64,000 nt of DNA, taken from contig JAVRCV020000079.1 in NCBI GenBank assembly GCA_034530615.2, positions 98,936 through 162,935 on the forward strand, given 5' to 3'. The notes under the pieces were generated by a model. It saw only the letters and a list, made by a program, of their open reading frames with translations. It was not told where the DNA came from and did no database searches. This stretch comes from Aulosira sp. ZfuVER01 (lineage in GTDB: Bacteria > Cyanobacteriota > Cyanobacteriia > Cyanobacteriales > Nostocaceae). Positions 22,101 to 31,005 of the stretch are shown one piece after another; the first letter of the stretch is position 1, and every line of letters starts with the position of its first letter. A program made the translations under genes and the position numbers.

Positions 22101-23196
22101 AGTACGCCTATTTGCTGAGATTGAAAAAGCTTTTGGCAAAACTCTGCCTCTATCTATTCTTTTACAAGCACCAACTATTGAGCAATTAGCTCATTTCCTC
22201 CGCGACAAATCACCCGAAAGCCAACCGAATAGCGAGCAACCGCTGCATTTAGTTAAAGACTTTTTTGGGAAAGCGATCGCCAAAGTTTTCAAAGGCAATA
22301 AGTCGCAACAAATTGTAGATGAAAATCCAACTAATCTAGAGACAGGAGAATGGCTACCTTGGTCATCACTAGTACCGCTTCAACCCAACGGTGATAAGCC
22401 ACCTCTATTTTGTGTTCATGGTGCTGGTGAAAGTGTTCTTTACTATCGTAATTTCGCTAATTATCTCGGTGCAGACCAGCCATTTTATGCACTCCAAGCT
22501 AGAGGTGTAGATGGAAGAAAAGCCCCTCTAACTCGGGTTGAGAAAATGGCGGCTCACTATATTAAGGAGATCCAAACTATTCAACCTCAAGGGCCTTATT
22601 TTCTAGGAGGCTATTCTTTTGGTGGTTTAGTTGTTTGGGAAATGGCTCGACAGCTAGTAGCACAAGGTCACAAAGTTGCTTTGTTAGCTTTATTTGATAC
22701 TAGTAATACAACTCGTCGGCAAACTACTATTAAACCCATACCTGCACAAAAGCGTATTTCTCGCCATTTAAATAACCTTTTAGAAGTCGGCCCTAACTAC
22801 ATTCTTCAGCAAATAGAAGGAAAGAGCAGTTGGGTTGAGTATATGGTTAAACAAATGTTCAGAAAATTTACTTTTAAAGCTTACCTGAACATCTCCCGCA
22901 TCTTACCTTACACCTACCGCAAACAAGTAAAAATTAAGGATTTTAACAAGCAAGCTGCCAAGGTATATATTCCAAAAGCTTATCCAGGCCGAGTCACTGT
23001 ATTTCGAGCAGAAGAACGTCCTGTAAACAATGCAGGTGAGGTAGATCCAAACATGGGTTGGAGTGAATTGGCTTTAGGTGGTCTCGATATCCAACATGTT
23101 CCAGGAAACCACTTCTCGATTTTTAGCGAACCCTATGTCAAATCTATGTCAGAAAAAATGAAGGCTTGTATAGAACAAGCTATTGCAGAAACTTGA
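19102..23196 (+). CDS. Terminal NRPS: TubC-like N-terminal docking domain, degenerate C, degenerate/truncated A, PCP, TE
   Basis: N-terminus VKLWLEGDRLRYRA; C motif HSIVCDG; A3 reads YVSGVNG; A ends after GSLDNQAKI; PCP FFDLGGHSL; TE GYSFG and PGNH. Confidence 0.92.
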   Translation: MKTLDELLSELRQRDVKLWLEGDRLRYRAAKDSLTPELLNELKTQKAEIINFLRQVTTVTTAKIPPIVVCERTGNLPVSFGQQRLWFLHQFEPNSSSNNMPVVVRFTGNLNVAVLEESLREVVRRHEVLRTTFPAVNGKPTQVIATDVSLKLPVIDLQQVPEEQRETEAHILATKEAHQPFDLANGPVLRVLLLRLSDREHLLIWNMHSIVCDGASSDVFYQDFTTIYKALSAGQLSPLPPLPVQYADFTHWQHQWLQGEVLESQVNYWKQKLEGHLPIIDLPYDHPRPQGAQTYRGDRAALLLPKALNHALTDLSQKWGATLFMTLLTVFELLLYRYSGQEDLLVSFASAGRGQVETERLVGFFSNTLVLRSNLAGNPTFRELLDRVRKDCLEAYSHQDLPFERLIEELKPEQQSRNTSSLFQVKFSLNPPWSNGRGMAAVELPDLTIASLFGYIYHGKTKYDLTLVLREQDNGLGMVFDYNADMFDTSTVERMLGHYKTLLEGIVANPDRPISELPLLTAGEQQLLVDWHGKQADYPQDICIHQYFENQVKLTPNNIAVSFANQQFTYLELNHRANQLAHYLQTLGVGAGVNVGLYLEPSLDTIVGLLGILKAGGTYVAIAPTSGAEILADAQVSFLLTQSSLVKRVPEHQVQVICIDTELKSITIYSTENPVCQATGENLACVMYVSGVNGVVITHSNLVTHSLAISETWELAKSDRVLLQPSLRGDTFIESLFPTWVTGATAILQSQEVQNSAAQFFSFVAQQQITVVNLATAFWYELVKELSASPQTLPASLRLVMVGGEKVSRNAYLTWVEKVGKQVRWLNAYGTLETTLTATVYDPETATEASETRSEIPLGKAIANTQVYILDKRSQPIPIGVTGEIYISGIGVAQGYFNRPELTSEKFIPNPFSSESGAYLYRTGDLGRYLSDGNIEFVGSLDNQAKICLNTTNTQIEKIFVPAEDQLQIQLTEIWENFLGIHPIGITDNFFDLGGHSLIAVRLFAEIEKAFGKTLPLSILLQAPTIEQLAHFLRDKSPESQPNSEQPLHLVKDFFGKAIAKVFKGNKSQQIVDENPTNLETGEWLPWSSLVPLQPNGDKPPLFCVHGAGESVLYYRNFANYLGADQPFYALQARGVDGRKAPLTRVEKMAAHYIKEIQTIQPQGPYFLGGYSFGGLVVWEMARQLVAQGHKVALLALFDTSNTTRRQTTIKPIPAQKRISRHLNNLLEVGPNYILQQIEGKSSWVEYMVKQMFRKFTFKAYLNISRILPYTYRKQVKIKDFNKQAAKVYIPKAYPGRVTVFRAEERPVNNAGEVDPNMGWSELALGGLDIQHVPGNHFSIFSEPYVKSMSEKMKACIEQAIAET

Positions 23197-23233
23197 ATTT
23201 TTCTAGGCTGAAAGTAAATATAATACAGATAAA

Positions 23234-23268
23234 AAATGGTAGAAAGTCAATTTGACTTTCTACCATTT
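23234..23268. terminator. Perfect 17-bp inverted repeat, likely terminator between the convergent NRPS and eboD genes
   Basis: aaatggtagaaagtcaa-t-ttgactttctaccattt. Confidence 0.7.
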
Positions 23269-23302
23269 CCGTCCGCACATAGTAGCTCTTTTTGACAAAC
23301 TT

Positions 23303-23344
23303 ATCGCTCTTTCATCACTCTCATGAGAATGATGAAAGAGCGAT
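23303..23344. terminator. Second long hairpin in the convergent intergenic region
   Basis: atcgctctttcatca...tgatgaaagagcgat (15-bp arms) around an inner tctcatgaga palindrome. Confidence 0.6.
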
Positions 23345-23421
23345 TAACTAGAAAATGAGCAATTTAAATGTGCATTATCATGTTTACCAGCTTGGAGTAT
23401 TTTGTCAATTAAATTTTCTTA

Positions 23422-24627
23422 TCAAGAATAAGAAAGTTCCCAATCTTGCAACATCGAAATCGCTTGTTTATACACAGATAAATCTACTTGATGAACTTCT
23501 ATTCCTTGTCCAATTCCCTGAAGAAGAGTAATTGTCAATTTGCCACCTAAGTGTTCGCGGAACTCAGTTAGACCCCTAAATAAATGATGGGGATGGTCTG
23601 GTTGATGTAATTGCTCTGTTAGTGCAGCTACGTATAAAGTGAAGCCTAATCTCTTAAGTGTATCTAAAATCCTTTGCCACTCTAATTGCGATAGTAGCCC
23701 AGTTAAATAAGAATAGGTACTATCCAGAGCAATACCGATCGCAACGGCTTCGCCATGACGTAACTTATAATCTGTGACATGTTCTAATTTATGAGCTGCC
23801 CAATGTCCAAAGTCTAAAGGGCGTGATGAACCTTTTTCAAAGGGGTCGCCACTTTTGGCAATATGTTGTAGGTGCAATTGGGCACAACGATAAATTAGCT
23901 TTTCCATTGCCTTCATGTCGCGGTTAGCTAATTTATCGGCATAAGTCAGAATGAACTGGAAGAAATCTGCATCTTTGATCAGTGCTACTTTCACAGCCTC
24001 TGCAATACCCGATCGCCAATCGCGATCGTCAAGGCTAGTGAGAAAATCAAAGTCATTCAATACTGCATAAGGTGGCATAAATGTGCCGAGAAAGTTTTTC
24101 TTGCCAAAAGCATTGATTCCGTTCTTTACTCCTACACCCGAATCGTTTTGCGCTAATACTGTAGTTGGCACTCGTAGCAATCGAATTCCTCGGTGAGCAG
24201 TTGTTGCGGCATATCCTACCATATCCAACAAGGCTCCACCGCCAATCGCTAACACGTAAGAGTGGCGACATAAGCCATTGGCATCAATTATCTGATGAAT
24301 TTGATCTACAAATCTTGCTTCGTTCTTAACTATTTCTCCGCCTGGAATGATGATTGGCTCATCAGCTAAAGTGATGACATCTCCATAAAATTGAGTATAA
24401 ACAGATAATTTTTTGAGCAACCCTTGATGTTGTTTTAAAAATCCTCCGTCTACTACCGCTAAAACTTTCTTTGGTGTCATTTCTGCATCTGAGGCAATCA
24501 CTTTTGCTAGCAAAGGATTGTCCAACTCAAACAAACCATGAGTGAAATGAACATCATAGTTAAAGTTGACGCAGACAGATTGCTTAATTGGTTGCAGTCC
24601 AAGCAGAGTCTTATGTGTAATTAACAT
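23422..24627 (-). CDS. eboD: EboD, 3-dehydroquinate-synthase-like sugar phosphate cyclase
   Basis: GGGALLD, PTTVLAQNDSGVGVKNG, DFGHWAAHKLE, LRHGEAVAIG; divergent from eboABCEF. Confidence 0.88.
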   Translation of the reverse strand: MLITHKTLLGLQPIKQSVCVNFNYDVHFTHGLFELDNPLLAKVIASDAEMTPKKVLAVVDGGFLKQHQGLLKKLSVYTQFYGDVITLADEPIIIPGGEIVKNEARFVDQIHQIIDANGLCRHSYVLAIGGGALLDMVGYAATTAHRGIRLLRVPTTVLAQNDSGVGVKNGINAFGKKNFLGTFMPPYAVLNDFDFLTSLDDRDWRSGIAEAVKVALIKDADFFQFILTYADKLANRDMKAMEKLIYRCAQLHLQHIAKSGDPFEKGSSRPLDFGHWAAHKLEHVTDYKLRHGEAVAIGIALDSTYSYLTGLLSQLEWQRILDTLKRLGFTLYVAALTEQLHQPDHPHHLFRGLTEFREHLGGKLTITLLQGIGQGIEVHQVDLSVYKQAISMLQDWELSYS

Positions 24628-24676
24628 TTTTACTTGAATACGTCTTAAGAAAAACTTTTGTGATAGAAATTTTCAA

Positions 24677-24713
24677 CCAATATGAATAAAGATATTATTA
24701 CCATTCATATTGG
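24677..24713. promoter_or_regulatory. 11-bp inverted repeat in the eboD/eboA divergent region (candidate operator or hairpin)
   Basis: ccaatatgaat-N15-attcatattgg. Confidence 0.4.
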
Positions 24714-25143
24714 CTACAAAATCATTAGTAAGAGGAAATCATACTAATTGAATACTAAATCTAGATAGCTTCAATTCACTAACTCAGTAATTTTAGCTGC
24801 CTTTATTTCATATAGCATGATAGCCATAAAATACATTATTTATTTTTGAAGTTTATTTGAAAGGTCATTATTTAATCAAGGGTGGTAAAAGTATTCTATA
24901 TAAGATAGCTTTATAATTTGATGCCCTTTAACCGCATCTTTACATTATCTTATTTAAAGCTGAGAGATTTTTATAGATTCAGTAAAGTTGTTCGCATAAT
25001 TTTTTTTATAAATTCAGGGAAGTTACTATACTTAGTTAGTTATGATATTCTCGAAATGACTTAATAATAAATTTCCATATTTAGCGCCAAATTTTATCTT
25101 TTAGTTTGTCATATCAAGAATTAAAGGATCTATTGAATTAATT

Positions 25144-26025
25144 ATGAGTAGTGGAAACCAGTTGTTGCATGATTGGCTAGCCAAGTCTGTTTCTAGGGAC
25201 GGATTAGCCTGGCTGGAACAAAAGCAAGCACAGATTGCAAATGGCGCTCTTGAGCGAGTATTTTTCACAGCTTTTAGTGCTGTACCACGTTATCTAGGTA
25301 AAGATAATTTTCAGCTAACACCCCAAGACTTAGCCGCAGCTTCTAACCTGCTTCCAGGTTGTTTTCCTGGTAATTGGACGGTAGATCAAGCTGGTAGAAC
25401 ATTATTGGTACTGGCTTTACCCAACAATAATACTGAGAATTATGTGCGATCGCTCGATAAAGTCTTCAGTACTGCGGATATGGGCGAGTTGATTGCACTG
25501 TATCAAAGTTTACCGTTATTACCTCGTCCAGAGCTACATCGCCAACGCGCTGCTGAAGGTATTCGCAGCAATATGACTAATGTTTTCCAAGCCATAGCTC
25601 TAAACAATCCTTATCCGGCTAATTACTTAGATAATATTGCATGGAATCAAATGGTGCTGAAGGCTTTGTTTGTTGGGAGTCCTTTGCATCAGATTTGGGG
25701 TCTAGATCGGCGTGCTAACCCAGAATTGGCAAGGATGTTAGCAAACTATGCCCATGAGCGTTGGGCAGCAAAACGCTCAGTATCACCAGAACTGTGGCGA
25801 GCAGTAGGAGCTTTTGCAGATACGGCAATTATTGCAGATTTGGCAAAAGTACTAGCAGACGGAGATATGGCTGAACAACGAGCCGCCGCCTTAGCCTGCG
25901 CTCAATCTCCTTTACCCGAAGCCCAAGCATTACTCTCTCGTTACCCAAAGTTGCACTCAGCTATTCAACAAGGCGAACTGACTTGGAGTAATTTTAACTG
26001 CGATCGCCTGCTAGTTTGCAAATAA
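25144..26025 (+). CDS. eboA: EboA family protein
   Basis: AAEGIRSNM, NPYPA, WNQMVLKALF, YAHERWAAKR; first gene of the ebo operon. Confidence 0.88.
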   Translation: MSSGNQLLHDWLAKSVSRDGLAWLEQKQAQIANGALERVFFTAFSAVPRYLGKDNFQLTPQDLAAASNLLPGCFPGNWTVDQAGRTLLVLALPNNNTENYVRSLDKVFSTADMGELIALYQSLPLLPRPELHRQRAAEGIRSNMTNVFQAIALNNPYPANYLDNIAWNQMVLKALFVGSPLHQIWGLDRRANPELARMLANYAHERWAAKRSVSPELWRAVGAFADTAIIADLAKVLADGDMAEQRAAALACAQSPLPEAQALLSRYPKLHSAIQQGELTWSNFNCDRLLVCK

Positions 26026-26123
26026 TGTCTAGAGTCCATAGTCAAAGAACTATTGACAGTCTCTATTTCTCTGTGACTTTGTGTCTCTGTGGTTAATTTA
26101 TTTCTTAAAAATCCCTACTTATT

Positions 26124-27032
26124 ATGATGTTTATCGACCCTCACATCCACATGTGTTCCCGTACCACCTACGATTACCTAATCATGCGGGAATACGGTAT
26201 TGTCGCCGTTATTGAACCATCTTTTTGGTTAGGACAGCCAAGAACCACAGCTGGCTCTTTTAAAGACTACTTCAGCAGTCTTGTAGGATGGGAGAGGTTT
26301 CGTGCAAGCCAATTTGGCATTCAACATTACTGCACCATCGGACTCAACCCTAAAGAAGCTAACAACGAAGCCTTAGCAGCAGAAGTTATGGAACTGTTAC
26401 CGCTTTATGCTTGCAAAGAGGGAGTTGTTGCCATTGGGGAAATTGGCTATGACGATATGACAGAAGCAGAAGATAAATACTTTTGTCAACAACTAGCATT
26501 AGCCAAAGAACTCGATATGCTGGTCTTGATTCATACTCCCCATCGCAATAAAAAAGAGGGTGCTAGCCGTAGTATGGATCGTTGCATTGAATATGGACTA
26601 GATCCCTCACAAGTAATTATTGACCACAACAACGAAGAAACCGTTGAAGAAGTTTTGAAACGCGACTTTTGGGCAGCTTTCACAATTTACCCGAAAACCA
26701 AGATGGGTAACGCCAGAATGGTAGAAATTGTCCGTCAGTATGGATGCGATCGCATCATTGTCGATAGTAGCGCCGATTGGGGTGTGAGCGATCCATTAGC
26801 AGTCCCAAAAACAGCAAAATTAATGTTAGAAACAGGCATTCCTGAAGAATATGTACGCGCAGTTTGTTACGAAAATGCTCTATTTGCTTACGGTCAAACA
26901 GGGCAAATGAAAGCATCTGATTGGCTAAATGCTGAATCTACCGACCAGCGTCAAATGTTCAATGGTAATTCTGTATTACGGGGACAGGAACCAGGGATTA
27001 AATCAGTTGCAGATTATGTGCTGATTGAGTAG
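26124..27032 (+). CDS. eboB: EboB, TatD-family metal-dependent hydrolase
   Basis: DPHIH, GEIGYD, IHTPH, DSSADWG. Confidence 0.9.
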   Translation: MMFIDPHIHMCSRTTYDYLIMREYGIVAVIEPSFWLGQPRTTAGSFKDYFSSLVGWERFRASQFGIQHYCTIGLNPKEANNEALAAEVMELLPLYACKEGVVAIGEIGYDDMTEAEDKYFCQQLALAKELDMLVLIHTPHRNKKEGASRSMDRCIEYGLDPSQVIIDHNNEETVEEVLKRDFWAAFTIYPKTKMGNARMVEIVRQYGCDRIIVDSSADWGVSDPLAVPKTAKLMLETGIPEEYVRAVCYENALFAYGQTGQMKASDWLNAESTDQRQMFNGNSVLRGQEPGIKSVADYVLIE

Positions 27033-27226
27033 CAGGAAGGTGCAGGGAGCAGGGGGAAGAAATGCTCGATCCTTGACTCTTGACCAACGACAAAGCGCAA
27101 AGTCGAGCCAGTCGTGTGGTGAGGCAGTCCAGTCTTGGGGGTTCCCCCCAGGAGGAACTGCCGAAAGGGTCTCCCGACTTGAACGAACTGGCGTTGAGCG
27201 GAAGAAACCTCCGCTCAGAACTTTGT
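27033..27226. repeat. Nested small dispersed palindromic repeats between eboB and eboC
   Basis: GC-rich nested or adjacent hairpins: gccagt...actggc, ggcagt...actgcc, gagcgga...tccgctc. Confidence 0.6.
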
Positions 27227-27256
27227 AAGAATAACAACTGACAAAGGACAAATGTA

Positions 27257-28189
27257 GTGAATGTTGCAAGTTTGAATTTTCAAAGCTGGCGTGGGTATTT
27301 GGAGTTGATGCGTCCGGCTAATATTGTAACTGCGTGGGCTGATATTTTAGTTGGCTTTGCAGCCTCAGGTTCGGGAATTATTTTTGCTCAATTAATTAAC
27401 GGTGAAGCAACTGCTACCAGTTTAATTCCCTTAGCTTGGTTGTTATTGGCTACAACTGGTTTATACGGCGGCGGTATAGTTTTTAATGATGTTTTTGATG
27501 CCGAATTAGATCGAAAAGAACGGCCATCTAGACCAATTCCTAGCGGTCGCGTGTCTCGTGAGAATGCTGCTTTGTTGGGAAGTATATTATTTGCGATCGC
27601 TCTTTTTTCAGCGTCTCAAGTTTCTTGGTTGAGTGCCATTTTAGCTCTAGTTATTACCTCTGCATCACTGTTGTATGACTCACTAGCCAAGCATCATCCC
27701 TTGTTTGGCCCTTTAAACATGGGTTTATGTCGTGGCAGTAACTTGTTATTGGGTGTAAGTGTTGTACCAGGAATATTATCAGAACGCTGGTATTTAGCTC
27801 TGATTCCGGTGCTTTACATTGCTGCAATCACTGCAATTAGCCAAGGAGAAGTTCATGGCGGTAAAAGAATTACGGGAGTAATAGCAGTCTTGTTGATTGC
27901 AATAGTCCTGACGGCAGTTGTAGCTCTAGGATTTTTCGCAGAATATAGAGCAATTTCAGCCTTACCATTCGCTGTTTTATTAGCTGTGCGAGTCTTGCCT
28001 AATTTTATTCAAGCTGCTCGTGAACCAATACCAGATAAAATCCGCAATGCAGTCAAAGTCGGTGTGTTATCTCTGATTATCTTAGATGCCACAGTTGCAG
28101 CTGGTTTCGCTGGTTTCGCTTACGGTTTGTTAGTGCTAATTTTGCTGCCCATTTCAATGTCATTTGCCAAAATGTTTGCTGTTACTTGA
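27257..28189 (+). CDS. eboC: EboC, UbiA-family prenyltransferase
   Basis: MRPANIVTAWAD, NDVFDAELD...ERPSRPIPSG, multiple TM segments. Confidence 0.92.
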   Translation: MNVASLNFQSWRGYLELMRPANIVTAWADILVGFAASGSGIIFAQLINGEATATSLIPLAWLLLATTGLYGGGIVFNDVFDAELDRKERPSRPIPSGRVSRENAALLGSILFAIALFSASQVSWLSAILALVITSASLLYDSLAKHHPLFGPLNMGLCRGSNLLLGVSVVPGILSERWYLALIPVLYIAAITAISQGEVHGGKRITGVIAVLLIAIVLTAVVALGFFAEYRAISALPFAVLLAVRVLPNFIQAAREPIPDKIRNAVKVGVLSLIILDATVAAGFAGFAYGLLVLILLPISMSFAKMFAVT

Positions 28190-28291
28190 AGTAAGGCATA
28201 GGGCAGAAACGAAAATACTGTTTTCATTGAGATAGCCTGCTGATTGCACTAAAATTAGTTGCAAATCGCAAATAGGGTATGTATATCTAAG

Positions 28292-29518
28292 ATGAAGATT
28301 GCCACAAACAGCCAATTTCACCTAACTTACTGCACAAATATTCATCCTGGTGAAAGTTGGGGAGAGGTTTTTGCTAATTTAGAAAAATATATTCCTGAAC
28401 TCAAATCGCGTTTATCACCTCAAGCACCTTTTGGAATTGGCTTGCGATTAGCAGATATAGCCGCAAAGCAACTTTTAGAAAGTGATAACTTGGCTCAGTT
28501 TCAAGCTTGGCTAAATCAAGAAGATTTATATGTTTTCACTTTAAATGGATTTCCCTATGGGGGATTTCATCACCAAATTGTTAAAGACCAAGTTTATGTA
28601 CCAGATTGGTCAACTCAGGAACGACTGAAGTATACATTAAACTTGACAAAAATTTTAGCTGCGCTGTTACCAGAAGAACTGGATGGTGGTATTTCTACCT
28701 TGCCTTTATCTTATAAACCTTGGTGGGGAGACGACCAAGCCACTTGGGATATAGTTCTGAAGAATAGCTGTTTTCATATAGCCTCAGTTGTTGCAGAAAT
28801 GGTTCGTATCCAGAACTATACAGGTAAGTTGCTGCACATTGATTTAGAACCTGAACCTGATGGTTTAATTGAGAATACTGCTGAAGTAATTGATTTTTAT
28901 GAGAATTGGTTGTTACCAATTGCTGGTAGTTATTTAGCCCAAAAACTAAATATTGAACAGAGTTTAGCGGAGAGTAAATTACTCGATCATGTACGCATTT
29001 GCTATGACACCTGCCACTTCTCAGTTGAATATGAGCAGCCTGATACTGTATTTACACGTTTGCAAGCAGCAGGTATTAAAATTGGTAAAATCCAAATCAG
29101 CGCAGCAATTCAAGTAAAAATTCCGGCTGATGTTGAGCAACGGCGTTTAATAGTTGAACGCTTACAACCTTTTGCTGAATCTACCTATTTGCACCAAGTT
29201 ATAGAACGTCGGGGTGACGGTATGCTGTATCACTATCCGGATTTAATCGCAGCATTACCATATTTAGAACAATCGCTGGCTGAAGAATGGCGTACTCATT
29301 TTCATGTACCAATTTTCATCCGCGATTATCAAATTTTGCAGTCTACACAAGATGATATTGTGACGATTTTGGATTTACTGCAAAAAAATAATGCTTGTCA
29401 TCATCTAGAAATTGAAACTTACACTTGGGATGTATTGCCATCCGAAATGAAAATAGATGTGCTGACTTCTATTCAGCGGGAATATGAATGGGTATTAAAA
29501 AATTTTGTTAGTAAGTAA
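28292..29518 (+). CDS. eboE: EboE, TIM-barrel (xylose isomerase-like) protein
   Basis: HLTYCTNIHPGE, LEPEPD, CYDTCH, WRTHFHVP, EIETYTW. Confidence 0.92.
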   Translation: MKIATNSQFHLTYCTNIHPGESWGEVFANLEKYIPELKSRLSPQAPFGIGLRLADIAAKQLLESDNLAQFQAWLNQEDLYVFTLNGFPYGGFHHQIVKDQVYVPDWSTQERLKYTLNLTKILAALLPEELDGGISTLPLSYKPWWGDDQATWDIVLKNSCFHIASVVAEMVRIQNYTGKLLHIDLEPEPDGLIENTAEVIDFYENWLLPIAGSYLAQKLNIEQSLAESKLLDHVRICYDTCHFSVEYEQPDTVFTRLQAAGIKIGKIQISAAIQVKIPADVEQRRLIVERLQPFAESTYLHQVIERRGDGMLYHYPDLIAALPYLEQSLAEEWRTHFHVPIFIRDYQILQSTQDDIVTILDLLQKNNACHHLEIETYTWDVLPSEMKIDVLTSIQREYEWVLKNFVSK

Positions 29519-29533
29519 AAGGAGATTAAATTA

Positions 29534-30907
29534 ATGCAAAAAACGGTTGTTCTAAATGTCGTCGGCTTAACACCCAGTTTACTGGGAGAAAACACACCGT
29601 TTTTATCTGCATGGGCAGCAAAAGGGCGAGTAGTGCCAATTACATCAGTATTACCTGCGGTGACTTGTTCTGTTCAAGCTACTTATGTAACAGGAAAAAT
29701 GCCTGATGAACATGGCATTGTTGCTAATGGTTGGTACTTCCGAGATGATTGTGAAGTGAAGTTTTGGCGACAGTCTAATAAATTAGTACAGTCTCCCAAA
29801 ATTTGGGAAATTGCTAAATCAATTGACCCCAACTTTACTTGTGCCAATCTTTTTTGGTGGTACAATATGTATTCTTCAGTAGACTATGCCATTACACCTC
29901 GCCCGATGTACCCTGCAGATGGCAGAAAACTACCAGATATTTATACATATCCTGCTAATATCCGTGAGGAAATTCAATCAGATTTAGGTCAATTTCCACT
30001 GTTTAATTTTTGGGGGCCAAATACCTCAATTATTTCTAGCCAGTGGATTGCTAATTCTGCAAAATGGATTGAGGAACGCTACAGCCCTACTTTAACATTA
30101 GTTTATTTACCGCATTTAGATTACTGCTTACAAAAATTTGGTCAAGATGAGAAACTAATCCAAAAAGATTTAAAAGAAATTGATACAGTTTGTGGAGAGT
30201 TAATTAATTATTATCAAGCACGTAATACTCAGGTAATTATACTTTCAGAGTATGGCATTACTCCTGTTTCTCAAGCAGTGGATTTGAACCGTGTACTGCG
30301 AAAAAATGGTTTAATTACTGTGAGAGAAGAGCTAGGACGCGAACTACTCGATCCTGGTGCTAGTATTGCTTTTGCTGTAGCCGATCATCAAGTTGCTCAT
30401 GTTTATGTGAACGATCCGGCGTATATTCCGAAAGTGCGCGATTTGTTAGAAGCAACTGAAGGTGTAGCGCAAGTATTAGATGAACAAGGGAAACAAGCCT
30501 ATCATCTCAATCATCCTCGATCTGGTGAGTTAGTGGCGATCGCTCAATCTGATGCTTGGTTTACCTATTACTACTGGCTTGATGATGCCAAAGCGCCTGA
30601 TTTCGCGAGAACCGTAGATATCCACCGCAAACCTGGTTACGATCCTGTAGAACTTTTCCTCGATCCGCAACTGAAATTTCCCAAACTCAAAATTGCTACC
30701 AAGCTGTTGCAGAAACAACTAGGTTTTCGCTACCTCATGGATGTGATTCCTCTGGATGCTTCCTTAGTGCGTGGTTCTCATGGTTGTATTGCGACTTCTC
30801 CAGAAGAAGGCCCGATGTTGATTAGCCATCAGACTGATTTAGTCGATAGAAATTTAATTGCGGCAACAGATGTTTGTTCATTGCTTCTCAAGCATTTAAC
30901 AATGTAG
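29534..30907 (+). CDS. eboF: EboF, alkaline phosphatase / nucleotide pyrophosphatase family
   Basis: LPAVTC, HGIVANGWY, YLPHLDY, SEYG, DIHRKPGYDP, RGSHG. Confidence 0.92.
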   Translation: MQKTVVLNVVGLTPSLLGENTPFLSAWAAKGRVVPITSVLPAVTCSVQATYVTGKMPDEHGIVANGWYFRDDCEVKFWRQSNKLVQSPKIWEIAKSIDPNFTCANLFWWYNMYSSVDYAITPRPMYPADGRKLPDIYTYPANIREEIQSDLGQFPLFNFWGPNTSIISSQWIANSAKWIEERYSPTLTLVYLPHLDYCLQKFGQDEKLIQKDLKEIDTVCGELINYYQARNTQVIILSEYGITPVSQAVDLNRVLRKNGLITVREELGRELLDPGASIAFAVADHQVAHVYVNDPAYIPKVRDLLEATEGVAQVLDEQGKQAYHLNHPRSGELVAIAQSDAWFTYYYWLDDAKAPDFARTVDIHRKPGYDPVELFLDPQLKFPKLKIATKLLQKQLGFRYLMDVIPLDASLVRGSHGCIATSPEEGPMLISHQTDLVDRNLIAATDVCSLLLKHLTM

Positions 30908-31005
30908 ATGAACTTTGAACTCAATTGGCTTTTGTGGTGATTAAAACGTTTGTCACAAATGCTTTAACGTTAGCGATCAATGCTGTCATTTCACAGAGAT
31001 TTCAA

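Noticed and set aside
23422..24627. Housekeeping aroB or mycosporine DDG synthase
   Set aside because: The ebo context and EboD-type sequence fit better; no O-methyltransferase or ATP-grasp gene adjacent
26998..27269. Small ORFs between eboB and eboC
   Set aside because: They are translations of the nested palindromic repeats
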